DNA from: Ptychomitrium polyphyllum
Lineage: Eukaryota
Assembly: GCA_973851085.1 (NCBI GenBank)
Contig: OZ316775.1
Location: 9,734,001-9,798,000 of the forward strand
DNA: 64,000 nt
Reading direction: 5' to 3'
The position numbers and the translations under genes were made by a program. Below, in pieces: positions 13,940 through 26,700 of the stretch (the stretch's first letter is position 1; each line of letters opens with the position of its first letter). The notes under the pieces are model-generated. The model worked only from the letters and a program-made list of their open reading frames with translations, was not told the DNA's origin and made no database searches.

Positions 13940-14056
13940 CGGAAGGCGTTAAGCTCCTGACACATAGCACTCGGAGAACACACTGGGATCAGTTGGAACT
14001 AGGCGCCTTCATGAAAATCTGGTTCGAAGGAACTTATGGTTAGCCGACGCTTCACC

Positions 14057-14922
14057 ATGGAATTCCGTACGCACTTTTTGTGCCCTCCATCCTTATGCTC
14101 ATTTCTTATCCCGCGTTTGATTTCACAGCTAGAATGAGGCGGTTTGGTCAGTCTTCTGTACTTTATCTTTACCAGGCTTGTAGGTTTACCCTGGAAAAAG
14201 AGGGGTCAGGAACTGAAATGTCTCACAAGCCCTCTTTAAGTGTTACATTTTAGGCTCCTTATTCTTTGCAGCATCAATGTTTCAATAAATTCTTCGTTTT
14301 AATTGAAGATGCTGTAACACCAGTTCTTTGGTTTTAGTTTTGATCTAACAATTTGCTTCCGGTTTCCTCCGTACATGAATGACTCGAATTGCCAGCGAGG
14401 GTTAACTCCAGGTTGAACGTGAATGTGGTTCCGCGAGCTTTGCTTCTCTTGGTCGTGATATCAGCTCCTTGGTTGATGTCTGCGACTGCAACGGGCAGCA
14501 ATTCTGAGGCGTTCGAAGATGATATGGACACCACGCCATGGATATCAGCCAGGAAGCCAGGTCGATTCTTGCAGCACAAAAGCGGGCGTAATCTGCGAGA
14601 GCAGAATTGGTGCGGGGGTGGGAGGGCACCCAACTTCGCATGTAGGCTGATCCTTCCGTGGCCAGAGTTCCGCAACCCACGTTGCTGCGAGACAAGAAAC
14701 AACAACCGGCGGTGCTTCGATGTGGGGGCCGACAACGACGACCGGTGTGGGTCGTGCACGAGTAGCTGCCGCAACTCCGGACGAAAGTGCTGTGGGGGAG
14801 TGTGTGTGAATCTGAGAACTGACCGGAACAACTGCGGGTGGTGTGGGAATCGGTGCCGGGGCCGTGTGCGTTGCCAGAACGGCATGTGTGGCTACAATGG
14901 CAGCCCCAGGGGAGATGGCTAG
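14057..14922 (+). CDS. STIG1-family secreted cysteine-rich protein (copy B, ~178 aa, 2 exons)
   Basis: ORF 14389..14922 has no ATG before its signal peptide and an in-frame TGA just upstream. A micro-exon 14057-14066 (ttcaccATGGAATTCC|gtacgc) spliced to ttgccag|14396 restores MEFPRVNSRLNVNVVPRALLLLVVISAPWL. It has a GRFL motif and a 16-Cys domain ending CCGGVCVNLRTDRNNCGWCGNRC..CQNGMCGY. The domain call is strong; the start exon is inferred. Confidence 0.9.
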
Positions 14923-15662
14923 GATTGAATAGGATTGATAAACTCGCAGCTAATTCCCAGAATTATGTCACCCAATCTGTTGATGGTCTTTCATGTTTCT
15001 CTAAGTTTGCTAATCTCTCTGAGAAAGAAAAGGAAAAACGAATAGAATTTATGTATAAGGGTACCACAAACAACGCTGTAATGGCCGGTGCGCGCCTTTG
15101 ATACTTTCGACTCAGTCGGGTACACTTGCCGTGAATATCAGGGACGTTTAGCTTTGAAGTCGATGATTCTTTTTGTGTTCAATTGAAGTATTAATAAAGC
15201 ATCATCCATTCATTTTAAAGCGAATAACTCTACTCCAGAATGAATGTGAAGAGAAGGTTCTGAAATTATGTTTTAACAAATGAGTGCGTGATTTGGGAAA
15301 GCATAATGATGCCCTGAACCCAGTACAATGTGGCCTAATGACTTAGAATTAATATCAGGCTAAACAACCCCAGAACATATCAACAGCACACGACGAGCGA
15401 AGCTTTGATTAAGACATTACACAAAACATAAAAAACGGTCTCATAGCATGTTCAGTGGCTCTCTCTAGTTTACAACATGCACGCGTTCTACGTGCAAATA
15501 CTGAAATTGTCCGTGGCATTTTGCCACGTCGTACAAAATCTGCTACCTAATCGAGTCAGACTCTACATTCAACTCAGAATCTGCGATAATAATCAAGTGT
15601 CAAATCAACTGTTCCAATTCTGTCTAGAAGAAAGTAGCCGGGGTTCAGTCCAGTCACTCACA

Positions 15663-18600
15663 CTAGAGACTAGAGAGCTTCGCAGAAGGGTATTTGAAAT
15701 GACCTGTAAGGAACCCTTCCGATGTATCTTGCGATGTCCTCACCGAAGTACCAAGCGGTGTCGCCTCAGTCTCGGAAAGAATCTCCAGCGTCTCCACCAC
15801 TTTGTTCATTTGCGGTCGGTCTTGCGCATGCAGGGAAATGCAATGACATGCAACTTCCAGCAACAAATCAAGCTCAACACGCGGAATTGTGTCCCGAAGG
15901 TACTTGTCCACGATTTCCATGGCATTGCCCTTGCTGTGTAGATCTCGAACCCAGCCCGCAAGGTTCGTGTACTCATTTGACATGGACTCTTCAACAGCCC
16001 TCCGCCCACTGAGAAGCTCAAGCAGAATCACACCATAACTGTACACGTCCACTTTCTCCGTGACTTTACCAGACTTGGCGAATTCCGGTGCAACGTAACC
16101 GAATGTCCCGCCCACAGTGACTGTGACATGGGTGTCGTTCATGTTCACCAGTTTCGCCAGGCCGAAGTCTGAAAGGTAGGGCTGGAAATCCGTGTCGAGA
16201 AGAATGTTGGTGGAGCTAACGTCGCCGTGAATGATGCGAGGGTGACAACCGTGGTGAAGATATGCCAGACCCCGAGCCACTCCAAGCGCAATTCGATATC
16301 TGATCGGCCAGTCGACCACTACGTCGTCCTCCTTTTCACCTACAACAATGATTAAACATCGACACAATCAGAAACTAATCCTTAACCGAAAGCTTAGAAC
16401 GAACTTGAGTACTTGGATCTGTTGTAAATCCACCTTGGAGCGCAATGCAAACTGTAACCACTGATGCAGTAAATCAGAATGCAAGTGAAACCCAAATGCT
16501 TACCATGAAGAAGCTGGTCGAGGTTGCCGCCTGGAAGGAAGTCGTAGATCAAGAGCTTCACGTTAGGAGCTGAGCAAAAGCCTTTGAGCTTCACCAGATT
16601 CCTATGCTTCACAGTTCCAAGCGTATCCAATTCGTTTTCGAAGCTTCGTTCGGACTCCAAGCATGTCTTGAGCTTCTTCACTGCCAAGGTCGGGTGCTCG
16701 TTCACTTGGAGCTTGTACACCACTCCATAGCCACCCTCTCCAATAATGTGTTGCTTCCGGATGAGTCGCAACGCTTGCAACATCTCCTTCGAAGTGGGCA
16801 CATTCACACCCCCTTGGAACATGACTATCTTCCCGCCTGCTGCAAGATTAATTTCGATATGGTTGTCCTTCCTCATCCAGCGCATGATGAGAAACACCGC
16901 TATTGTGAATTTGAGTCCGAGAAACAATCCCACCGACAGAAGCACGATCTGCACCAAACTCAAAGCAGGCTTGGTGATTTGCACTGCTGCACACAGCAAT
17001 GAAATTAGATCACTAAGTCATCAACAGTTGGTTGGGTTAAACGCAAAAGGACTGATTCTTTATCACGTTGAGGAAAAACACTCGAACCATAATTGTCTTA
17101 AACTCTAAAAACAGAGCCCAGCATCATTTGTCAAGCAGAAGACAAAATTAAGATGAGTTCTCCTGAACCAGATAAGTATAACTGCCTTCAGATCAATAGC
17201 ATCATGAAGTACTGTGGATGTCAGGCTATAACGAAGCAATAGTATACCTGGAGATAAAGAGGGTCCGAAACTGGGCGCAGGGACAGGGGGTGGTGAACAT
17301 GAGGGCAGTCCAACTGATGTAAGTCCACATAAATTGGCATTTCCCAAATACCTGTAATGGCCAACATCCACCTACATTTAATACAAAACACTCTAAAACA
17401 AGAAAGAGCTTGCATCTTTTTGTATGAAAAATGTTATAGAATTTTAGATAAAAAGCACACACGACTACCTGGAAAAGAAATTAGTCCATGTTATTCATAT
17501 TGCTACTGATAGTCAAACATAATGTACTTGAAAGAATAGAAGAAAAATAGTTTGACCACTTACGAGGATATATTGAAGCGTAGCAGAGCTCCCTCTGGAA
17601 CTTTCCCTGAGAGCTGGTTGTTGGATAAATCCCTGCAACACGAATTCGTATTTCGTTCAACGAGCAGCTCTACCATCATCATCTAAAGATATCCACCGTA
17701 GAAAGATCCATGCTATTGCCACACAGCATGCAGGCTATCATCAAGAACAGTGCTAAATCGTTAGGCAATGTCGGCATGAAAGAAGAAGAGCAGGGTGAGT
17801 AGAGCTTACAAGTAATACAGACTCGTCAAATTACTGAAGCTCTCTGGGATGGAGCCGTCAAGCTTATTGTTGGCCAAATCCAGGACTTTGAGGTTCTTCA
17901 GCGTGCCAATTTCTTCAGCAATACTTCCAGAAATGGAATTGTTGCTCAGGTTTCTAAGTAGAAGACAACCCCCATAGCCATCGGTTCAGTACCAGAGTAC
18001 ATCTAACAAAGACGAGCTGCAGAAGTAGTGAAATATCCTTTCACTTCCAGACATGGAATCGTAGAGTGAGCGCATTTTGCACAGATTCGTGTAAAATGAA
18101 AAGATAGCATCGGCACTTACAAGACACTGAGGGATGTGAGGTTGCTGAAAGCCTCTGGGATTTTCCCAAAGAAATTGTTGTTCTGAAGGCTCCTGAAGAA
18201 ACATCAGAAACATGTGAGAGGTACGTGTTTCTTTTAAAAAAATATCACGTGTCACTGTTACAGGAGGAAAGATAAATGAGTACAAAACAAGGTAAGGGAG
18301 GCTGAGGAAGCGAATTGCTTACAATCTTTCCAAGTACTTGAGACCGGCTAATTGAGAACTAAGAACGCCGGTGAGATTTAGAAGAGGAAGGTTGCTGCAG
18401 TCCCAACCAAAAGCAAATAAACAACGCATGTTGCATGAAGCACGATGTCGTAAATTTCATAACCACTACCAAAAGCTTCTCATCATGACTGAGTTGGAAA
18501 CGAATCGACTGCTTACATGAAAGTGACAACTTTGGTGACATTGTTACAAACAATTCCTTTCCATTTGCACGGAGTTGTGTCTGAATTGTTCCAGTTACTG

Positions 18601-18946
18601 AGGACGCCCACCGGGTCTTCCAACCGGAGCTTGAAGGCTTGTAACACCTTTCCTGTTCACAACAAATTTCCGCCACAATATTTTGAAATCTAGTTACGAT
18701 TCTACAGCCAGTGGAGTCTTCATAGAAGACTTTATTAGGGTACAAAACAATGACAAGGCAAACTACACCTAGCGTCTGTCACATACCATTAAATCCAGCA
18801 AACAGAGGTGGAAATGGCCAGCAGCAGCAGCAGCACTAACCTTCAAAATTCACAGCTTCCGAGACTCCAAAATTCAGTGCGAAGAAGAGGACAGTGAGCA
18901 CTTGCAACAGACCAATCAACCCCGAGCCACCTTTCAGCGCCATCAT
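15663..18946 (-). CDS. LRR receptor-like kinase (RLK-1), LRR-XIIIa/FEI/At1g78530-like, non-RD catalytic loop (9 exons, ~620 aa)
   Basis: Exons 18946-18841, 18652-18517, 18394-18323, 18192-18121, 17953-17810, 17632-17564, 17351-17248, 16986-16504, 16339-15663, all GT-AG, 1863 nt in frame. Signal peptide; LRRNT (LSNWNNSDTTPCKWKGIVC); 72/144/69-nt LRR exons (~5 LRRs); YLGNANLCG cap; Pro-rich stalk; TM; kinase motifs IGEGGYGVVYK, AVKKL, HGDVSSTN, DFG, GTFGYVAPE. Confidence 0.93.
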
Positions 18947-19473
18947 CACCACTTTCGAAGTTCTATCTAAGCCCTAACTTCCGGTGCTCAAATTCCTGCT
19001 ACGTAAGTCTTGTTAGCAAACAAGACTACGGCTTTGGCCACACAACAGGAGCTCCAACTGCATCAACTTCATTCTCATTGTTAACATACCCTGAACTAAT
19101 GCCGCTAGTACAGGAGTACACTTCAGATGTCTGCCACCAGGTGCCACAAGCTACTTCCTCCAAATAGTCACGCCGAGTGTCCGTAATGCCCCAGTAAGCA
19201 GCTTCAATGGAAAAAGTCTGTGCCTGCTAATCCCTGCTGGACTTAAACATAGCAGCCACTCCCAAAAACTGTAGAAGAGCAACCACTTGAACTGATTCTA
19301 GATGTGGAAACTTACTACCTCAATGCCAATATCAAACCAAGCTGAAGAAGCTCGCACAGAATGCAATCCAATACAGTACCCAAATATCCGAACGGTGTGA
19401 ACAACCTCACAAAACCAACCGAAAACCTGAGGCTCGCTCGCATTCGATCGCAACCGCACAGGACTGTAGAAGA

Positions 19474-19636
19474 ATCAGCAGTAAGCTAGCAAGCAAGTCG
19501 AATGTATCCTAGCGTTAATGCTAGTCCATGGACTGGATCTGGACCAATAAGTACAAGTACCAGAAGATGTACACGTACTGATCAGCTGTGAGCTAGCAAG
19601 CAAGTCCAACCTATCTTAGAGATAATGCCAGACCAT
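19474..19636. repeat. Imperfect ~56-bp direct repeat (period 107 bp) upstream of RLK-1
   Basis: atcagcagtaagctagcaagcaagtcgaatgtatcctagcgttaatgctagtccat (19474-19529) vs atcagctgtgagctagcaagcaagtccaacctatcttagagataatgccagaccat (19581-19636). Confidence 0.8.
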
Positions 19637-22600
19637 AAGTCGGTTGTCGATCTATGGGTACGAGGTAACGAGAGAACAAGTGATGAGAATCACAAGGCGA
19701 GGTTGGATGCACTACCAGGCACGAGCCTTGTATCATGCCACTGGGAAAAAGCTACTGTGCCCAAGTTGCAGTGTCACTGCTTTGGAAGGTGAAAGGTGGT
19801 AGGGCGATGCGGCCCTTCAGTGGCGTCGTGCCGAGCTCGCATAACTGGCACCCTGATCTCGTTCGTCAACGCCACAGCCGCCTCCGCAGCATCGGATTCT
19901 CGCAAAAGACGACAGGTCAGATAACCTCCCAGCTCCACCCCTTGTCCCCACCATGCAGTGGTCAGTAACCAACCCTCACTTTCCTGCGATAATCTGGGCG
20001 CCATGCGATCCACATTGCTCACACCATGGGCAATTGGCTCTGTGTGCTGTAAGTATCTTCTTGCATAGAATTCTAGAACAATGGAGCGGACTACTGTTGT
20101 TGATGGGCAAGTTAGGCAACTCAGTGAGTATTAGTTAATAAAATTTGGAATACGTTAGGTGCTTTTCGAAAATAAATTCATAGAATTAGGAATTCATGAG
20201 TAGGTTTTCTTCTCATAAGGTGCTGTCGAGAGCTTGAGCATCTAGAAAATTTTCAAAGTTTTTCTACTTCGATCTGTTTTGAACTTGGTTTGACTTTTCA
20301 GGTGGTATTGGTTGGCTTTGATTGGTTCTGAAGTGGTTTAGACTGAGTTTGGTTTGATTTTTCATGTGGTTTTGACAATCTGCTAAATGTTGTGGAAAAG
20401 AAATAGTATAATATTATATCTCTCATATGAATCCTCAAAACCCTATGCCATTGCTAAACATGTTTAGTTACCATTTCCAACTGACGATTTAAAAGGTATT
20501 CCAGACTTTTGTTGTTAATTCCACAAATACTATAAACATTCTTCTAATCTAAAGGCCCAAGTTTGTGTTTATTTGCTGAATCAATGAGAGAATAGCTAAT
20601 CCAGCATAAAACCATCAATTACACATGAAAGCCTATGGTGATCTTATATTCTTTTTCACTGCATAAAGAGGCGAAAGCAACACTTACATCTTCCCCCTGC
20701 CTTGGCCAAGAGCGTCTACTGTAAGCTTTATTGAATTTGCAGTGGTGAAATTCTGTAGAGTTGTTTAATGTGGGTGTAAGGGATACATACACAAACCTGT
20801 CACCTATCGCAAAACCAACAACATCTAGCCTACCTTCATATCGTGAAAATCTGCAATTTGCATAGATAATGTTGATTTCAGAGCCAGTCACAGGCCGTCA
20901 CTGAATACGGATCTGACATTCTCTACGAATTTTGTAGACTTCTATGGAGTGAAGTATATTCATCTGGTATGCATTCTGTGGGATCAGAGACTGCGGTTAT
21001 TGAACTGGATGTTGCGGATAGTTGGGCAAAGATTCCTGGATGGTTTTCAATGCCTTTCTCCGGAGATCAATGCAAAGCAGCAGAAATTGACTAACTGATG
21101 ATTGATGACTGGAGTTCACTTTGGTGCCAACTTGTGATAGTGACAGTGAAGGAAGAGGATTTGGCCTTCAGTTCGAAGTTCATCCTGTATGAGTAAACAC
21201 GACTGCTCTAATCTTAATACAATAATCTGAAGTTTGAGTCACTTATTCCTATAGAAGCTCTCGTTAATGCAGCAGTGCAGCCTGTTCTGTGTGTCTTGGG
21301 AGATGGCTCAATTGAAATCTACCTGAGAGAAGTAGTCAAAATGCCGTGATTTGAAATATTTGAGGAGATGAGTCATTCGTCAGTGAGATGCATAGAACAA
21401 TACAATAGAAAAGATTTTATTTTGAGTAGCATGCTAAACACATGTGTAAATGGGAAGAAGGAACACATTAATCAGTGTAGTCTTTAAAATAAGAAGACTG
21501 AACAAAGATTTTGATGTACTCATGCATTTTTGCATCATTTTATGAATATGTGACACTTGGGAAATTTGGAAACTCGATTTCACAATTATTTCTGTATATG
21601 TACTCTAGAATGCATTGCGAAATAAAATGGTTCTCATTTCGAGAATTGAATGTCAAATTTTTTATTATATTGTCACATTAACTTCAAAACTTTGTATTGG
21701 AATTAGTGTGAGAATTAATATAACTCTTCACTAATTCTCGGATCACAGTAATGGCAAAAATCGATGCAGCACTAAGTTTGTGCTAGTTTTAGTGACAAGA
21801 AGGAAAAACCCGGAGAAGCAACTGTTGTGCAATGTAGAGGGAGGACAATGGCTGCACGACGTGGACACTTTCTTATCAAGGCAGAGGAAGGAGAATCTGG
21901 GACCTAAAACTGGAACTAGACACAGCCATAACTTTGGTTAGCTCAACGCTTAACACTCATTCGAAAACTTGATCAAGCACAGTACACCCAAATTGTAGCT
22001 ACAGTAGCTGCGAACGGCACAGACGTAAGGATTGTAACGTGCACTAGATGGATGTTGGCGACCACGCCGGGGTAGCTCATTCCGTTGGTGGAGGCGAGAT
22101 ACGATTCCACAATCTCTGAAAGTTAACCTTTTGGATCGCATAAGAGCAATTTAGCACTGCGCGCTTTGGAAACCCACTCTAATTATCTGTTGCTATTCAT
22201 GGCTCATGTTGCACCTTACAAGATATTCCATTCCTTGTACAATAATAGCAGCAGTATTTGCTCTGTAGGTAGCAACAATTCTGAGGCTAGAGCTTCCCCC
22301 CCTATTTCCCAATGACAATGATGCGTTTTGTAGAATTTCTCTTTTCCAGGTTCAATAGAAGATGTTGCATTCTCATCAGAATCAGCAGGCTTGCCACACA
22401 ATACAAATTAGTCACTGCATAAGGAGATACGCAACTGTAGCAACTGGATCTAGAGCTATGCAAGTTAAACGAACGTAAATACTAAATTCTGCCAGCGGTT
22501 AACTGAAAAAGCATTTCTTTTCGGTCATCACTAAATCTGTAGTAGCGGGAAAGAATGCCGGGAGCTAGTTGTGGTGTAAACCCATCAAAAGTTTGTATGG

Positions 22601-23704
22601 AAAGTAGGGCGAAGGACTTCATGCATCACGGACCACTCCCTGAGAAAAGAATTGATATGACTTGGCGCAAGTGGGACTCGGGAGGTCTTAATGACGATGC
22701 CGAATTACATGGCCCATTGGCCTTTTATATATCGAAATTTGAGGGGGAGTGCTTCACCATGTACCTGGCTGCATTCGATTCCGGGGTATTTCTAAGATTC
22801 CAGTTTTCTGCATAACCTAGTTTTCCCGGTGCTGGGGTTCAATTTTACCGAGATGCATTGATTTTGAAGCCTGCCCAGGTCCCAAGCCAATTTGCATGGA
22901 GCACAATTTGCATACAACATAATAGATTACAATGCTGCATGAGGCCCAATCCATATAAGCTTGAAGAATCTCCCGTCAAAAATAATTTGAAGAAAAAAGC
23001 ATCACTATAAGCAATTCGATTCTATCTTTTTCCCCTCTTCTAAAGTAACTCTGAAGCATAACTAATGATACAGCTGTCAAGTGATACTGTTCTGGAAGGT
23101 TCGAATTTCAGGATTTCTCCTAACCTTTGAGCTGTATCAAGTCAATGTATAAGTCTTCGAACTATAATTGAGGTATGATTGCTCGACTTTGTTCACCAAA
23201 AACTGAATCTCTAACACTGCACTAGTGCCATGAATCTCTAATACAGCACGAATACCGGTACCTAAAGCATTTCCAGCTTTATCCAATGTATGCAACTTTC
23301 CCTTCCTTCCAACAGTCTCCAGATGACCTTCAAAGTTCTGTATCGATGAAGTCCCCTAGAACCTCAGTCAGGGAATTTCCTGTCCGAAAGTTAAAAAAGT
23401 CATGAACCTTTTTCCCACTCTTCACAAAACACCTCTTTACTAAAAACAAGTCAAGATGCAGTTGGGAGCTGAGTCGAAGTTGTAGATGTCCTCGGTTTCT
23501 TCACTATAAGATATTCGGCGTCTGATCAAGTCAGTTCAGAAGGACTGCAATATATTACAAGAACCTCAATTGCTTGGCATAACGGTGAACTTCCAGCTCC
23601 TATCATGGTATACACACCACGGACAGAGCAATACCTGATTGACTTTGCCATGGCGGAAAAGAACCCACCTTTGAGAGAAAAAATATAATACACAAAACTG
23701 GTGA

Positions 23705-26700
23705 TTAAACTTCATCGTCGCAGGGATAAACCATTCCAGTCTCTGTAGAGGCTTTTATGCTGGTTTGAGTTTGAGCTTGAGTTTGGGCTTGGGTTAGAAT
23801 TCGGATTTGGGTTTGCGTTTGGTCACCCATGCTTGATCGACGGCTAAAGTTCGTGGAGCTGCGAATTACATCGTCTTCTTCAGACAATTTCTGAAGCATC
23901 TTCACAACGTGCTGCATGCTTGGTCTGGCTTTGGGCACTCCATCTGTGCAATGCATCGCTATACTGAGGGTTCTCAGAAGATCCTCTTCTGGGGCTGTGC
24001 CCAATATGTTCTCATCAAAAATGTTTTGGAGGCGATTCTCTACTAGCAATGCAGCCGCCTGCATTCCGAGGTAGCAAAGAATACTCATCAGAAAATTAAG
24101 TTTCCAGAAGCAGATCATGAGTAACATTGAACATGTCTGAGCAGTTCATTGATTTAATGGATAAGTCAAGCAAACATCATGATATCAGATTGAGAATGCT
24201 CACCCATTGGACTATACTAAAATCATGATCTCTAAAACTATCATCGTTGGGCCGCTTTCCAGTCAGAAGTTCAAGGAGCACAATACCGAAGCTATACACG
24301 TCCCCTTTCTCGGTGATCTTCCCAGTGTCTAAATACTCTGCAAATCCAATTCGAACATGTGTCCAATTAGTGACAGGAAGAGAATGTAGAATCACTGTGC
24401 AACACTATTGCAAAAAAGATTAGGCCAACTATTCAAACCACTTGCAAGGTCATTCGATCTTTATCTCAGCAGATGGAAAGGATATAGTAATTCACAAGCT
24501 AGAATGTTTTCCACCCATTATTCGGAGGAAACGAAATCTAGACAGATTTCATGCGTTGATTCTGACTCTAATTATCTATACTGTGAATGGAGTGATGACT
24601 ATCTATAGACTTGGATGCTATGTAGAGATAGACTTACCCGGAGGCAAATATCCAAGCGTTCCTGCAGCAATGGTGGTCACGTGGGTCTCATTGAGGTTAA
24701 TAAACTTGGCAAGGCCGAAGTCCGCAACGTGGGCCTTCATGTCTTCATCCAGAAGAATGTTGCTGCACTTTATGTCCCGGTGAATAATATGGGGAATGCA
24801 ATCGTAATGCAAATAACTCAATCCCCGGGCAACACCCAGAGCGATCTTCAGGCGCAATTCCCAACCAAGAGGTTCCGTGTTACGGTTTGCGTAATCTGCA
24901 ACCACGGCGATGGTTAACTTAAATTGGCTAGTCAACAATAGTAAGCTCCCTACATTGTGTATATTCAATCACAAAGCCGTGAAAGCTCTGCAAGTGGTTG
25001 ATGAGTTGTTACCATGCAACACAGATTCCAAGTTGCCGTTGGGCATTAAGTCGTACACTAAAAGGTTGATTTGGGGTGCACTGTAGTAGCCACGCAAAGT
25101 GCACAGATTTCGGTGCCTGACGTCCGCCAAAATTTGCAGCTCGCGCTCAAAACCTGTGTCTCGATCCATCGCTCTCTTGGTCAATTTCTTCACAGCGAAT
25201 GTGGACATGTCATCCAATACAAGCTTGTATACCGTGCCGTAGCCTCCACTGCCGATGATGTCCTGAGGTTTGAGCTTCACAGCTTTACGAAGCACAGCCT
25301 TAGCTAAAGGAGTCACATGCCCTGTTAACTGGAACATTACCATTCTCCCGCCTGCACAAATGCCAGAAAAACTTTGAGTTTGATGCCAGGGCGATGAACG
25401 ATGACCTTCAATAGCAACGTTAACTGGTATCCCAAATTAACACAACATGTAATCACAGAAACCTTAAGATTCAAATACTGTACCTGAAAGTTTGACTTCA
25501 CAATTGCTACGCATCTTGTACCGTCGCCAGTACCAAATCAAGAAGAGGACGATTTTGCTCACTGCAAAGACGGAGATGCATACAGAAACGATCATTCCAG
25601 TGCTCGTATGCTCTTTGCCATCACTATTCGGAACTTCCGCTGCAACACCTGAAAGAACTCATCAAAAATAGAAGAGTTAGAAAATGTCATTAACAGAACC
25701 TGGAGCCCCAAGATAAAACATAATCTTCCACTAGGATAACAGCGCTAAAATTAGATATCTATATGTATGTGTGTGTATATATATATATATATATAAATGT
25801 AATCTAAGCGATTTTGAGCCAGGGGTGGTTTCATAAAACGAAGTAATAATCATGCATCCTCAGATGAGCACCTGGTGGAGTATTCACAAGCAAAGAACGA
25901 TTACTTGTATCACAAGTTCGTCCGGTTGGGTACCCACACAGTCTATCATTCCCCTTAAATCTGCACAGTGCATAAGCTGATGATCTTAAAGCCCTGAATT
26001 ATTTGAATGAACCTCGAAACCAAGTAATCCATCTGTCCCTGCAGTAGTCGTTATAAGACCAAGAGAACATTTGACGGTGGAAGCTATTAAAATTGGGCTC
26101 GATCGATTGCAATTGACACAACTTACAAATCCTAACCGCTACTTCATCATATACTGAGTTTACAGAAACTCTGAATCATTGTGGTGAACCAACTCACGAG
26201 GTGGCATTGAACGATGTGAGTACCCCTTGGGGCAGAGCACCTTCGAGATTATTGTTTGATAGATTTCTGCATGATTTCAACACCTAATTCATTAGTCATG
26301 GTGGTATTGCCCTCACACTCATGTAGAGAGGATTACATTTGAACACTTGAGCCCATGTGCCAGCTTAATCGGAAATACGCAAGTGTTTTAAGCTAAAGTT
26401 AAAACGAGAGAGTTGGAGAGTAATTTTGGTTCTTACAAGAAGGACAGACCCAAAAGACTGTTCAACTCTTTGGGAATTTCGCCACTTAACCCGTTGTTTG
26501 ACAAGTCTCTGGTGCAATCCAGAAGAAAGAGTGAGAAATAAGTGATGACATTTATTCTGAAAATCATTCCAAAGCACGAGACTAACCCCATCTATGTTGG
26601 AGACAGGGTTATTAAAGGAATCATATGTTGACAAGAATAGGCAAGTCATGATGTCTACTCACAAGATCCTCAAGCTTGCAGAGTTCCCCCAGAAACTGGG

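Noticed and set aside
14334..14885. 183-aa antisense ORF over STIG1-B (and 7051..7461 over STIG1-A)
   Set aside because: Antisense shadows with no recognisable features.
22066..22115. tRNA-like gccggggtagctca..ttggtggaggcg..gatacgattcc
   Set aside because: Only a loose A/B-box resemblance. There is no room for an anticodon arm and no acceptor stem.
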